DNA of 32,000 nt from a cyanobacterium endosymbiont of Epithemia turgida isolate EtSB Lake Yunoko (GCF_000829235.1 NZ_AP012549.1:1590001-1622000), one strand, 5' to 3'; positions 20,901-31,253 are shown, counted from the first letter of the stretch. The notes: a model not told the origin generated them from the sequence alone. Numbers and translations: made by a program.

Positions 20901-20940
20901 TTAGGGTCTCCCTCCTCACCCTACCCTAACCTCACTTAGG
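20901..20940 (-). other. G-rich tract (minus strand) with an embedded 7-bp hairpin, 60-100 nt upstream of the tauE ATG
   Basis: The minus strand reads CCTAAGTGAGGTTAGGGTAGGGTGAGGAGGGAGACCCTAA, with five G2-3 runs separated by 1-3 nt. TTAGGGT (20901-20907) and ACCCTAA (20923-20929) can pair. The tract stands out against a very AT-rich spacer. Confidence 0.35.
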
Positions 20941-20943
20941 CTA

Positions 20944-22010
20944 ATTTTAAATAACGTAATTTCGACGAGATTTAAAAATACGGTTGTTATTCTCAATATA
21001 TAAGCCAAAATACGACGAGGTTGATGATTATCTAAAATAATAACCGCTAACGATCCAGACTACAATGATTATTTAAAAACAGCAGAATACAAGGCCAACT
21101 TGTCTTTAAATTCTAAGTTTAGAGAAAATTTTTAAAGTAAATGAGCATAAGATATCAGTCGAGAACAAAGGTTAACAAAACAGTTCTAAATACTTTGATT
21201 TCTTAAATGTTCAATTTGAGAGATATTTTTAGTCGTTAACCGTTTCAATAAGAGAACGCTTACGCGGTAATATTATATCACTCAGTCTTACTAACTTTTG
21301 CTTCATATTCAATTAATGACTAGTCCTTAATTAAGGTCCTTGTTAGTAGAGCTTTGTTAATAGAGATTTTTAAAGAGTTCTTAAATAAGATATTCTAAGT
21401 CTCCTAACAATTTGTCAATTAAACCTTACTTTACTTAATCTCTAAATCAGTTTGCGGTAACCTGTATTACTTGAACTTAACTTAAAAGCAAATGATTCAC
21501 CCCGGTCGTTTATCATTAAACGTAGTTAAAATTTCTAATGTCATCTCACAGAATTCTAGAACCATCGAACCAAGCCTCCAGAAATTCGGTGGACTCTACT
21601 GTACTGCAAACTCGGCAACAGATATTTATCGCGGTATATTTCGACAGAATCAATCCCTATAATTTCTCTTTTATTGTTCGTGGAAGAACAAAAGAGAAAC
21701 GTTATTTTCTAAAGTATTTTTAATAAAATGATTATAGCTGACTATATTTACTTAATTTTTGCCATGGAAAAGAACCTATAATGTATAATATTTTTTTTCA
21801 AAGTTCGATTAAAGAGTTCGGATATTTACCTCTATATTTTGATAGCTTCGTCCCTTCTATAAGGGTTTTATTTCTTTATTTTTAGCGCTCGTTTTATGGG
21901 TTCAGAAAGCACATATTTTAAAGTTTATATTTCAATGAATAACTTCTATTTAATGTAATAAAGTTTCATCAATTAAATTGTTATAATCCAAGTTCCTGAT
22001 AACTACTCAA
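20944..22010 (-). mobile_element. Near full-length but decayed IS982-family-like insertion sequence
   Basis: Minus-strand fragments: MKQKLVRLSDIILPRKRSLIETVND* (21306-21229); after a frameshift, KNISQIEHLRNQSI*NCFVNLCSRLISYAHLL* (21230-21132); upstream, KLRLMINDRGESFAFKLSSSNTGYRK (around 21455-21530) and GIDSVEIYRDKYLL (around 21601-21660). I recall the C-terminal motif (R)KR.IIET.NDQLKNISQIEHSRHRS from cyanobacterial IS982-family transposases. A ~190-bp non-coding tail (20944-21131) is shared with 2714-2945. Confidence 0.65.
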
Positions 22011-22706
22011 AAATCTATCTAGCTCCTATAAATATACCAAAGAACAAAAAGAAAGAAGAGACAACTGAGTAGTGTTTTTTTATACTGTTAAAATCAATTA
22101 TTTTAATTTATTAATTTTGTTTTTTTATCATAATTGTTTTCTTTGTTATTTTAACTAATTTAAATTAAGTTAAATGGGATAATTTTAATTATTTTTTATT
22201 TTTTTTTTGAAATTAATATAATTTGACAGTGAGTCAACTACGCTTGACTTTTTTTAGTAAAAAATTACTATCTTTACAAAAGAAAATAGAAAGTTCTTCA
22301 GGTGGCTAATCTGTCTTCTGTTATCAATAATTCTAGCAAATAATAATTATTACTTTATAATTTATTGAGCAATGGACTTAAATCATACTGTCCTAAATTA
22401 GGAGTAGAAGATTGAACATCATTCACAAAAACATCAGAGGCATTAAAAATTAAGATTGGGAAAAGTAATGATTTTTGAGTCTTGGGGAAAGTTTAACTTA
22501 CTTAAATAGGAGAATTCCAGTAACTTAAGATTAATGATATGTTGAGCATCCCCTTGATTTCTTTGACAAATACCACTTATTAAGGATGGGTTGCTATATT
22601 TTTTTTTGTAATTATTTGTAGCTAATTATCTTGAGGGACTTTTTTATTTCCTAAATACCAGCAACTACAGAAATGCTAATACTCAATATTACCGATAAAC
22701 ACCGTA

Positions 22707-22786
22707 TCAAAGTAGTCATTTTTTTTCAACGATAGACGATTTGTTATTATTATAAATAATCCTCTCAAAAAAAATGACTACTTTGA
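22707..22786. repeat. 80-bp element bounded by 20-bp perfect inverted repeats (MITE-like, or a large hairpin)
   Basis: TCAAAGTAGTCATTTTTTTT (22707-22726) and AAAAAAAATGACTACTTTGA (22767-22786), with a 40-nt spacer. It lies 146 bp downstream of the dioxygenase stop. Confidence 0.5.
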
Positions 22787-22931
22787 CGATTAAGATGACA
22801 ATTTATGACAAGATAAGCTTTAAAATAAATAAAAAAATTACAAATTAATAATATATTTTTTGCTATAAATATGTCTTAATATTTTTCAGGTGACCATATT
22901 TTTATAGTCACTTGAAAAATTAAATTTTTTC

Positions 22932-23618
22932 TCATATCTTCCCACAATTTTTATTGGCAGGGATAGCTTCCATTATCTTTTTAGGATTGGGTAAATTAAG
23001 ATTGTTCATGAAGGTAATAAAGTTAGTTTTATCTCGTCCTACAAAGCGAGGGTTACATCTTTTTTCCTCTCCAATAGTAGAAACTGTGTGACCTCGATAG
23101 TCGTGACCAGGATAAACTAAGATATCATCAGATAAAGTAAAGAGTCGCTGAGTTACTGAGTCATAAAGGGTTGCTGCATCTCCACTTTGAAAGTCGGTGC
23201 GTCCACATCCCCGAATAAATAAAGCATCACCTGTCAATAAGTGAGTTTTATTAACTAAGTGTGCTAGATGACTATCCGTGTGTCCAGGGGTAGCGATCGC
23301 TTCTAGAATAACTTCTCCGAGTTGTAAGGTTTCGTGGTCTTTTAAAAAACGATCAGCGCAGGCAATTCGGGAATTTTCGGGAATAATTCCCAGGCATCCG
23401 GTTATTTCCCTGAGTTTTCCTGTTCCTGTAATGTGATCAGCATGAATGTGGGTTTCTAAACAGTATTTGAGAGTCAATTCTAGTTCTTCTAAAAGTTGGC
23501 AATCACGTTCAATTTGTTCGAATACTGGATCAACCAGCAACGCTTCTTTTGTCGTGCGATCAGCGATGAGATAAGTGTAGGTTGAAGATGTCCCATCAAA
23601 GAGTTGACGAAATAGCAT
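22932..23618 (-). CDS. ETHE1-type persulfide dioxygenase (metallo-beta-lactamase fold)
   Basis: 228-aa ORF with MLFRQLFDGTSSTYTYLI, the metal motif THIHADHITG, TPGHT, RGCGRTDFQ.G and the C-terminal NLNLPNPKKIMEAIPANKNCG typical of ETHE1/PDO enzymes. Confidence 0.85.
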   Translation of the reverse strand: MLFRQLFDGTSSTYTYLIADRTTKEALLVDPVFEQIERDCQLLEELELTLKYCLETHIHADHITGTGKLREITGCLGIIPENSRIACADRFLKDHETLQLGEVILEAIATPGHTDSHLAHLVNKTHLLTGDALFIRGCGRTDFQSGDAATLYDSVTQRLFTLSDDILVYPGHDYRGHTVSTIGEEKRCNPRFVGRDKTNFITFMNNLNLPNPKKIMEAIPANKNCGKI

Positions 23619-23820
23619 AACTTAGTTAGGGGGTCAGATTATCAAAACCTTTTTAAGTATACAACTATTTAGTCATAAAAGGAGTAATTTAATGTTGGTG
23701 AAAGATTAGAATAAATTCATCTTCAAAATTAGTTTTTAACTTGTAAGGAATAACTAATTAGTTTTACAATTATTTATTATAGTTACTAAACAAAATTTAC
23801 TCAAGAATATAGAGGAATCC

Positions 23821-24279
23821 ATGGCTAAACGCGTTAAAATTGTATTGAATCAATCTATCAATAAATTAGGAGACACAGGAGCTCTCGTAGAAGTTGCCCC
23901 AGGATATGCTCGCAATTATTTAATCCCTAAAGGACTGGGGGTTATAGCAACATCAGGTATTCTAAAACAGCTAGAACAGCGCAAAGAAAAAGAAAGACAA
24001 CGCTTACTAGCTAAAAAACAAGCAGCTGAAGCCCAGAAAACAGCCCTAGTAACTATTGGACGTTTTACTATCCGCAAACAAGTTGGGGAAGGAGAAGCTA
24101 TTTTCGGCACTGTCACCACCCAAGAAGTGGCTGAGGCAATTCAGGTAGTCACGAATCAAGAAGTGGATCGTCGTGGGATTACTTTACCTGAAATTAGTCA
24201 AACTGGATTTTACAAAGCGACAGTAAAACTACATCCTGAAGTCACCGCAGAAATTGAAATTCAGGTTGCATCTTTGTAG
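23821..24279 (+). CDS. rplI: 50S ribosomal protein L9
   Basis: 152-aa ORF with the N-terminal block [35 protein letters not shown] and a charged linker helix. Confidence 0.93.
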   Translation: MAKRVKIVLNQSINKLGDTGALVEVAPGYARNYLIPKGLGVIATSGILKQLEQRKEKERQRLLAKKQAAEAQKTALVTIGRFTIRKQVGEGEAIFGTVTTQEVAEAIQVVTNQEVDRRGITLPEISQTGFYKATVKLHPEVTAEIEIQVASL

Positions 24280-25823
24280 TGTCTAGTAACAAGAGTGTGG
24301 GTCGGGAATTCTGTTTGAATACCTAACCCATCATTCCCTTAATTCAGAAGGCAACGCAGTCATATCATTAAGACGAATAATATCAATTATATTGACTTAT
24401 TGAGGAAAAAATATCCACAAAGCGTATATTTAAGACAATTTAGTCACTAAAATAGAAATAGCAAAAGTGAATAGTCTAGGAAAAGGTTTCATAAAATTCT
24501 GTCAAAGTGACCCGAATTCTTTTTTTATTTGTTCAAGAGACTCTGGAGATGTTCCAGATATGTGGCTGATTTCATCCATAGGGTGCATAATCGCAACTTT
24601 AGTCCAAAGATTAGGGTTTGTGCTCGCAAAAAGTTTAAATTATAAAATTGACGCAATTGATATCTATTGAAGGGGAACTTTATTCCTGACTAAACTAACG
24701 TAAATTTGTGTCTCTAAAATTTAATTTTACCGTCTGATTTAAAGCCAGAAACATTAAGGTGGAACTCCATTAAAAAGACAAATTTAACAAATCTCTATCC
24801 GTTGATCGAAAAAAGTCAATAAATATTAATTTTATAAAAATAGTGACTAACAACAAGCCTACTAAAATTTATATTGTCACTAACAATTGGGCGTAGAGAG
24901 TTTCAGGATAAATTTAAACATAACCTACTGTAAATGGAATGTAAATAGCAGAAAAAAGCATCTTTAAAAGACTATAGTTAAACGTTAACAATACCATATC
25001 CGTATTTAAATAAGCATAAGTGAACATAATATTATTACTACGATAAAACAAGTTAATTAGCAGCAGTAATTTGTAGCAAGAGAAAGTTAATAGCCAATAT
25101 CAATAATATAAGTCATTCCCCGTGGTATGAAGTAAATCAATCTTTTGGAGATGGTTTAATGATACAAAATCTAGTTAAATAAAATTAATTTTTGGTGTAT
25201 CTTTAAGTGTTATAAATCAAAGACTAAGTATAATAAATGGACTAATTTACTTAAAAAATAGAATAAAAAGCCAAGTAGTTAACTTAAACTTTTAGCAAAG
25301 AGGAACATCAGGACAGCACAGAAAATAAAATTTTGCTTTGATTGAGTTAAATATTACTATTTGTAAAATAAAAAAGGTTCTGTTTTATATTTTAAGTTCT
25401 AGTCATCTATTTGAAGAAGAGTATAATAGAAGGAACCCATAAAAATCTTATCCAAAATCAATATTTTCCTAAGTATATTTTTTTTGAAAAACTCAGTAAA
25501 TAAGTGTTAAGAACAAAAAAATTAATCAGACATAATTGGTTTTATGTATATAAAAAAGATTTAAATCAAAAAATAATTAATTTATAGCTAATAGTATTTG
25601 TCTTTTAAAGAAGCTGTAAAATCATCAAATGAAATCTTACAATAGTGCTACTGAGGTTGTTAAAAAACAATGATAACGCTTTAATCAGTAAATATACTTA
25701 ATTAATTTAGAGATATAAATATAATTAACTAATGATATTTAACAGGCTTTTACTCAAAAAGAACGTTATGCTGGTGTTTAGTTTTTTAAAACTTAATTTA
25801 ACCTATATCCGTTGATTATTTAT

Positions 25824-26972
25824 ATGTTTAATTTAATCAAACCTTTTTATCCTCTCGTATTAACGGCGTCCCAAAATAACCCAGAAAGCGCACATTTACA
25901 ACTTTTAAAAACTCTAAATATAGTTGATCTCACTCGTAATACTGTAGGAGGACGTTGGTTAATTTCCCAACTTGATAAGTCCTTTTGTGTCTACGATCCT
26001 CGCCTCAAACAAACATTATGGGGACTAACTTTTGATAACCCCGTAGGATTGGCTGCAGGATGTGACAAAAACGGAATGGCAGCAGCAATATGGAGTCATT
26101 TAGGCTTTGGGCTAGCGGAGTTAGGAGCTGTTACCCTCCACCCTCAATCAGGAAATCCCCATCCACGTTTATTCCGTTTACCCCTTGATAAAGCAGTTTT
26201 AAACCGCCTGGGAGCGAATAATCTAGGAGCTGAAAAGATCGCCCAAACCTTGGGAAAAATTTGGCAGCATAATCCCCGTACTATCCCCATTGGAATTAAC
26301 CTATGTAACTCTAAAATCACCCCCTTAGAGAAGGCGGCTAAGGATTATGTAGAAAGTTTTCGTTACCTTGAAGATAAAGCTGATTATTTTGTAATTAATG
26401 TAAGTTCTCCTAATACCCCAGGATTGCGAGAACTTCAAGAAAGGGAACAACTTAAGACTATTTTACAGAAGTTACAAAACGCCAATGAACGGCAGAAGCC
26501 TATTTTTATCAAAATTGCACCAGACTTAGATTGGGAAATGATTGCAACAATTATTGAATTGGCCCAAGCTCATAAATTATCTGGAATTGTTGCAACAAAC
26601 ACTACTATTAAACGGGAAGGATTAACTACCAATATTCTCCCAGAAACAGGAAATAAAATTCAAGAAGAAGCAGGAGGAATTAGTGGACTCCCTATCCGTG
26701 ATCTCTCGACAGAAATTATCCGTTTTATTTACCAAAAAACTCAAGGAAAATTGCCTATTATTGGAGTTGGGGGAATTTTTACTCCGGAAGATGCCTGGGA
26801 CAAAATTACAGCTGGAGCTAGTTTATTACAATTATACACGGGATGGATTTATCAAGGACCTTGGATTATTCCACAAATTTTAACTGGCTTAGGTAAGAAA
26901 TTAGAACAAGAAGGCTTATTACATATATCTCAAGCAATAGGTATAAGAGCAAATACAGGAGTCTGCAAGTAA
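25824..26972 (+). CDS. pyrD: Dihydroorotate dehydrogenase (quinone), class 2
   Basis: Contains [39 protein letters not shown] and IIGVGGI blocks. The track start at 25812 is TTG; I prefer the ATG at 25824 (MFNLIKPF...). Confidence 0.9.
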   Translation: MFNLIKPFYPLVLTASQNNPESAHLQLLKTLNIVDLTRNTVGGRWLISQLDKSFCVYDPRLKQTLWGLTFDNPVGLAAGCDKNGMAAAIWSHLGFGLAELGAVTLHPQSGNPHPRLFRLPLDKAVLNRLGANNLGAEKIAQTLGKIWQHNPRTIPIGINLCNSKITPLEKAAKDYVESFRYLEDKADYFVINVSSPNTPGLRELQEREQLKTILQKLQNANERQKPIFIKIAPDLDWEMIATIIELAQAHKLSGIVATNTTIKREGLTTNILPETGNKIQEEAGGISGLPIRDLSTEIIRFIYQKTQGKLPIIGVGGIFTPEDAWDKITAGASLLQLYTGWIYQGPWIIPQILTGLGKKLEQEGLLHISQAIGIRANTGVCK

Positions 26973-27766
26973 ATGCAGTATGCAATCCTAATATTTTATT
27001 TTCGGGAAAACCATAATAGGTTTGGGTAAAGGATTATAAGGTCTATAAACAAGAGCGGATTAATTGAAAATTTTTAGATATAATTCCCTTATTTAAGTCT
27101 GATAGAGTCTCACTCATAATTAACTTTGTTATGATTACACATTAGTTACGGCAGTTATCTTTTGTTGACTGCTTGATAGCAGGTTTCAATTGAGTAGCTT
27201 ATACTAGAAATAATACGTAAATCAGCCAATTATGTTTTCATTAATGACTAAATCAATTACTTGATTGGAACCTCTATCATTCGAGGATTCTTGAGTTTAT
27301 AAATATTCCTTGATTTTTGACATGAGGAGATAAAAGTGTTATCTGTGCTCTTATAGATTTCATCATTAGATCATCAACTGTTTGTGTCCGAAAGAAAATC
27401 ATAAACTTATTGATTTATGCAATGAAGCTAAATAAAACATTAGATTGATAGTAGGCGAAACTTCGAATATTGAGGATCTAGTTATAGTTTATAAGAAAAG
27501 TCAACATTGAGGCTGCATTAACACAGTCAAGGAAAACCCAAGCCTCATTAATTGATTTATATAATCTAACCAAGATTACAGTATAGGTAAACTTTATGAG
27601 CAGTATCTAGTGTATTAAAATCAACACAGAGATGGCTTACTCATACAATTTTATGGTATTAAAAGACGTGATAACCGTAATAATTTTGGGTATTTAGAAT
27701 ATCTTGCTTAGCCTAGCGCTCCAAAGTATGATGCTCTGATGAGTTTCCTAGGCAGAAGCTTTTTCT

Positions 27767-27809
27767 GGTTACAGGCTTACAGACTAAATTCTCCTAAAAA
27801 AGGGGGACT
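27767..27809 (-). terminator. 11-bp hairpin 17 nt downstream of the aminotransferase stop (putative terminator)
   Basis: TTACAGACTAA (27767-27777) pairs with TTAGTCTGTAA (27799-27809), with a 21-nt loop containing a C5/T6 (minus-strand) run. No clean U-tail after the stem. Confidence 0.4.
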
Positions 27810-27825
27810 TAGTCTGTAATACCAA

Positions 27826-28974
27826 TTAGCCTAAAATCTTAGAAGCAGCAGCAACTCCTGCTCCTGGGGTTACTTTTTGACTACCTAGGGTGATTAAGGT
27901 AGATTCTAAAGCAGCGATCATCGTCAAAATATCTCGCTCACTAACAAAACCTAAGTGACCGATGCGGAAAATTTTTCCTTTAAGGTGATCCTGTCCTCCC
28001 GCTAGAGAAATATCAAATTGCTTTTTAATCGTTGATCGAATATCTTCAGCTGTAACTCCTGTCGGCATGACAGCTGTTACAGCGGTACTCGCCACCTCAT
28101 CATCGGCTAACAAAGGTAGCCCTAAAGCCTTAACCCCTGCGCGAGTCGCCTCAGTTAAACGACAATGACGGGTAAACATTTCTTTTAACCCTTCGGACTT
28201 CATCATTTCCAAGGCCACTTGTAACCCATAAATTAAGTTAACCGGAGGGGTAAAAGGAGAGCTATTTTTACATGTTGCTTTTCTATACGCTCCTAAATCT
28301 AAATAAAACTTAGGAAGAGTTGCAGTTTCGTAAGCTTCCCAGGCTTTTTGACTAACACACACGAAACCCAACCCTGGAGGGATCATATAACCTTTTTGGG
28401 AACCAGAACCAACCACATCTAACCCCCAGTCGTCAACAGGAACGTTGATAGCCCCTAAACTGGTGACAGCATCGACGATGATTAAAGCTTTCCCATGATT
28501 TTTGACGTATTTATTAATAGTTTCTAAGGGATTTATTACCCCTGTTGAGGTTTCTGAATGAGTTATAATAACCGCTTTAATGTGTTTTTGAACGTCGGCT
28601 TCCAATTTTTTGCGAAAGTCTTCAGAATCTAGAGGTTTACCCCATTCGGCGGTAATTTCTTCTACTTCCAACCCAAACGCCCGACTAATTTTTCCCCACC
28701 GTTCACCAAACTTTCCGTTATTACCAACTAATACACGATCGCCAGGACACAAAAAATTAATAATCCCTGCTTCCATCGCCCCAGTTCCGCTAACGGTTAA
28801 CATCAAAACATCGCTCTGGGTTTGATGTAACCATTTGAGGTTTTCAGTAATTTCTGCACAAATTTCACCGAAACCACTACTGCGATGACCGATAGGATGT
28901 TTGGCCATAGCCAGCAAAACCTTTTCGGGTACAGGGGTTGGTCCTGGGATCATTAACATATGCTTATCTTCCAT
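27826..28974 (-). CDS. Class-V aminotransferase, alanine-glyoxylate/serine-pyruvate aminotransferase family (the so-called soluble hydrogenase small subunit type)
   Basis: 382-aa ORF with MLMIPGPTPVPEKVL near the N-terminus and a SGSQKG block containing the PLP-binding lysine. The start may be M1, M6 or M8. Confidence 0.9.
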   Translation of the reverse strand: MEDKHMLMIPGPTPVPEKVLLAMAKHPIGHRSSGFGEICAEITENLKWLHQTQSDVLMLTVSGTGAMEAGIINFLCPGDRVLVGNNGKFGERWGKISRAFGLEVEEITAEWGKPLDSEDFRKKLEADVQKHIKAVIITHSETSTGVINPLETINKYVKNHGKALIIVDAVTSLGAINVPVDDWGLDVVGSGSQKGYMIPPGLGFVCVSQKAWEAYETATLPKFYLDLGAYRKATCKNSSPFTPPVNLIYGLQVALEMMKSEGLKEMFTRHCRLTEATRAGVKALGLPLLADDEVASTAVTAVMPTGVTAEDIRSTIKKQFDISLAGGQDHLKGKIFRIGHLGFVSERDILTMIAALESTLITLGSQKVTPGAGVAAASKILG

Positions 28975-29542
28975 GAATGCTGGCTCCTGTTTCGGGTTGA
29001 AACTCTTCCAAATAGTCAGTCTACTCCATTCTTATTCACACTAATAAAGTTAAGCTGATGGCTTTGGTTATTTTTAAGGTTTCATTAAGGTTTATTATTT
29101 ACTGACTCCCTAGCTAATTTTATTCATCGGTAATGGAGTTTAAAAAATCATTAAAACTCTTAAAAGACCAATAATGTTCAAAAAGAATACAAATTTTGTC
29201 ATAGATCGCTTTGATTTATTTTTATTGAGTGCGGGCTTTGCGCAGAGTAAAAATAAGTCGTCAAACACGATTTTATAAAACAGGCTATTTATAAGCAAAC
29301 AATAGCTAGACTTTTACCTTCTAGTAATTGTAGTAGCAGTTCGTAGTGAACTAAAGAAGGAGAGAAAAGAGACTTCATGTTTAGTTATCAATTATCAGTT
29401 ATCAGCGATGGTCTTGATTTAGGCAAAAAGTATAACACTGTAAAATTACAGCGACTCATAATGAGTTTAGCAAATATTGATGGTTAATCCCTAGGAATTA
29501 TTCTGAACTTGTTATTAAAACTATCTATATTACTTATATCGA

Positions 29543-30433
29543 TCATCTGATTGAAGAAAATAATTGAGTGATAGCCTCGGTGATATCAGGTTGTTTGACT
29601 AAAGATTCCCCAATTAATACTCCATCAGCCCCTGCTTGCTGAACAAATTTTAGGTCATCACAAGTATGCAATCCTGACTCGCTAATAATTTTAATTCCTC
29701 GTTTTTTAATTGTGTCCCGTCTAGCAGCTAATAATTTCCTCGTGATGTTAAGATCTACCTCAAAGGTCTCTAAGTTACGGTTGTTAATTCCAATCAAAGA
29801 TACGCCTTCAACGCCTAGGGCTCGATCCAATTCCTCTAGGGAGTGAACTTCAATTAGAGAAACCATACCTAAAGATTTGGCAATTTTCAGAAAGTAGGTA
29901 AGATCACGATCATTCAAAATAGCGGCAATCAGTAACACGCTATCAGCTCCATTGGTACGAGCGAGGTAAATTTGATAGGGGTAGAGAATAAATTCTTTAC
30001 ACATTAGCGGCAAATTAACTGTTTGACGCACTAAGGCAAGGTTATCAAAGCTTCCTTGAAAAAATTGAGTGTCGGTTAGTACTGATAAACAACTCGCTCC
30101 TCCTCTAGCATAAGATTGAGCGATCGCTACCGGATCAAAATTTTCACGGAGTACTCCTTTACTAGGAGAAGCTTTTTTGACTTCTGCAATTAAAGCTGGT
30201 TTGGTTTTTGCCGAGGTGATAGCGGCTAAAAAATCCTTAGGAGGAGGTAAGTCTTTCACTAGTTTGCGCAACTCTAACAGGGGCAGACGTTGTCTTAGAC
30301 GATCAACTTCTTTTTCTTTATGCCAAACAATTTTTTCAAGAATGTGTCGCGGTTGCTCATCAGGAATACAAACTTGATAACGAACAACATCAACATTTAT
30401 GCCAGGATTAGGAGAACGTCTTCGGATTTGCAT
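29543..30433 (-). CDS. trpC: Indole-3-glycerol phosphate synthase
   Basis: Contains [38 protein letters not shown] and IGINNRNL blocks. The track start at 30448 is TTG; I prefer the ATG at 30433 ([10 protein letters not shown]...). Confidence 0.9.
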   Translation of the reverse strand: MQIRRRSPNPGINVDVVRYQVCIPDEQPRHILEKIVWHKEKEVDRLRQRLPLLELRKLVKDLPPPKDFLAAITSAKTKPALIAEVKKASPSKGVLRENFDPVAIAQSYARGGASCLSVLTDTQFFQGSFDNLALVRQTVNLPLMCKEFILYPYQIYLARTNGADSVLLIAAILNDRDLTYFLKIAKSLGMVSLIEVHSLEELDRALGVEGVSLIGINNRNLETFEVDLNITRKLLAARRDTIKKRGIKIISESGLHTCDDLKFVQQAGADGVLIGESLVKQPDITEAITQLFSSIR

Positions 30434-30654
30434 AGGAGTTAGCAACAAAAATACAAATTAGGCTAAGCAACATCTTAGCCCTGCGATCCTATCACAACTG
30501 TTTGTCACTATAGCTAAAATGAGGTATTTTTACCTTACTTCGTGTATTTTTGTCTGATACCAATACTACCAATTACCCTTCTATAGCTAGAATAAAAGGT
30601 ATATATAGCTTTTCTATAAGTTCTTAATCCTATCAATTTTAGTCATCTTTGACC

Positions 30655-30843
30655 ATGAATACTTTTAAAAAGAGAATACAATCGATCTTGAATAAATTAC
30701 CAGATGATTGTTCAATTGAAGAGATCCAGTATCATTTATACGTACTTGAAAAAGTGCGTCAAGGATTATACGTTGCCGATCAGGGAACCACCTTACAACA
30801 AGAGGAAGTTGAGGGGCTTTTAAACAAATGGCTTATCGAGTAA
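30655..30843 (+). CDS. Putative antitoxin partner of the ParE-type toxin
   Basis: 62-aa ORF from the ATG at 30655 (the track start at 30649 is TTG). Its stop overlaps the downstream toxin start by 16 nt. Small and acidic/helical (EEIQYHLYVLEKVRQGL...EEVEGLLNKWL). The call rests mostly on genetic context. Confidence 0.6.
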   Translation: MNTFKKRIQSILNKLPDDCSIEEIQYHLYVLEKVRQGLYVADQGTTLQQEEVEGLLNKWLIE

Positions 30844-31124
30844 TTTGGTCTTCCAAAGCAATTGAGGATGTCGATGCAATTGCCACATATATAGCCCGCG
30901 ACTCGCCCTCTTATGCCGCAGCTGTCGTCCGTAAAATCCTAGACATTACCCACCGTCTTCAGGAATGTCCTCTAACCGGAGCAATTATTTCCGAAGGGGA
31001 CGATTCAACAATTCGTGACAAGTTGGCTTATACTTATCGCGTAATTTATCGAGTTCGAGACAAAATAGTAACAGTGGCGGTGATCGTTCATACAAAGTGT
31101 TTGTTAGGACTGGCCAATTCTTAA
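30828..31124 (+). CDS. parE: ParE/RelE-superfamily toxin (plasmid stabilisation system protein type)
   Basis: 98-aa ORF. Its layout is typical of ParE toxins: MAYRVIWSSKAIEDVDAIATYIARDSPSYAAAVVRKILDITHRLQECPLTG...YRVIYRVRDKIVTVAVIVH. Confidence 0.8.
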   Translation: MAYRVIWSSKAIEDVDAIATYIARDSPSYAAAVVRKILDITHRLQECPLTGAIISEGDDSTIRDKLAYTYRVIYRVRDKIVTVAVIVHTKCLLGLANS

Positions 31125-31158
31125 AGAGATATTCTTATAAAAGAGGTTAAACGTTAAT

Positions 31159-31194
31159 ACTCCCTTCACCGTCAAGGGAGTCGTTTTTATTTTC
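31159..31194 (+). terminator. Intrinsic terminator of the antitoxin-parE operon
   Basis: ACTCCCTT (31159-31166), loop CACCGTC, AAGGGAGT (31174-31181), followed by CGTTTTTATTTT. Confidence 0.7.
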
Positions 31195-31253
31195 AAGTAA
31201 TCAATATTGTTGTTATAGCATCTATTCATTCAATACTAATTAGCCATTTTTAA

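Noticed and set aside
20908-20922. CTCCCTCCTCACCCT resembling the Yfr1 sRNA core (ACUCCUCACAC)
   Set aside because: Not an exact match to the conserved core, and it lacks the two flanking stem-loops of Yfr1. Treated instead as part of the G-rich/C-rich tract.
21538-21723. 61-codon plus-strand ORF
   Set aside because: Antisense to the IS982-like transposase relic. No motif.
23916-24119. 67-codon minus-strand ORF
   Set aside because: Antisense within rplI.
24467-24670. 67-codon GTG-start ORF in the rplI-pyrD spacer
   Set aside because: No recognisable motif and a non-ATG start. The opposite strand also has a short open stretch (MHPMDEISHISGTSPESLEQIKKEFGSL*). Neither can be supported.
26683-26883. 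66-codon plus-strand ORF
   Set aside because: Alternative frame inside pyrD.
27736-27743. CTGATGAG, the hammerhead-ribozyme core heptamer, inside a GCCTAG...CTAGGC pairing
   Set aside because: No stem II followed by GAAA, and no cleavage-site context. A heptamer like this is expected by chance in 64 kb of two-strand sequence.
28610-28825. 71-codon plus-strand ORF
   Set aside because: Antisense within the aminotransferase gene.
29377-29487. 36-codon plus-strand ORF (MFSYQLSVISDGLDLGKKYNTVKLQRLIMSLANIDG*) with AAGGAG upstream
   Set aside because: No family recognised. It lies between two minus-strand genes and cannot be distinguished from chance without conservation or ribosome-profiling data.
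30177-30377. 66-codon plus-strand ORF
   Set aside because: Antisense within trpC.
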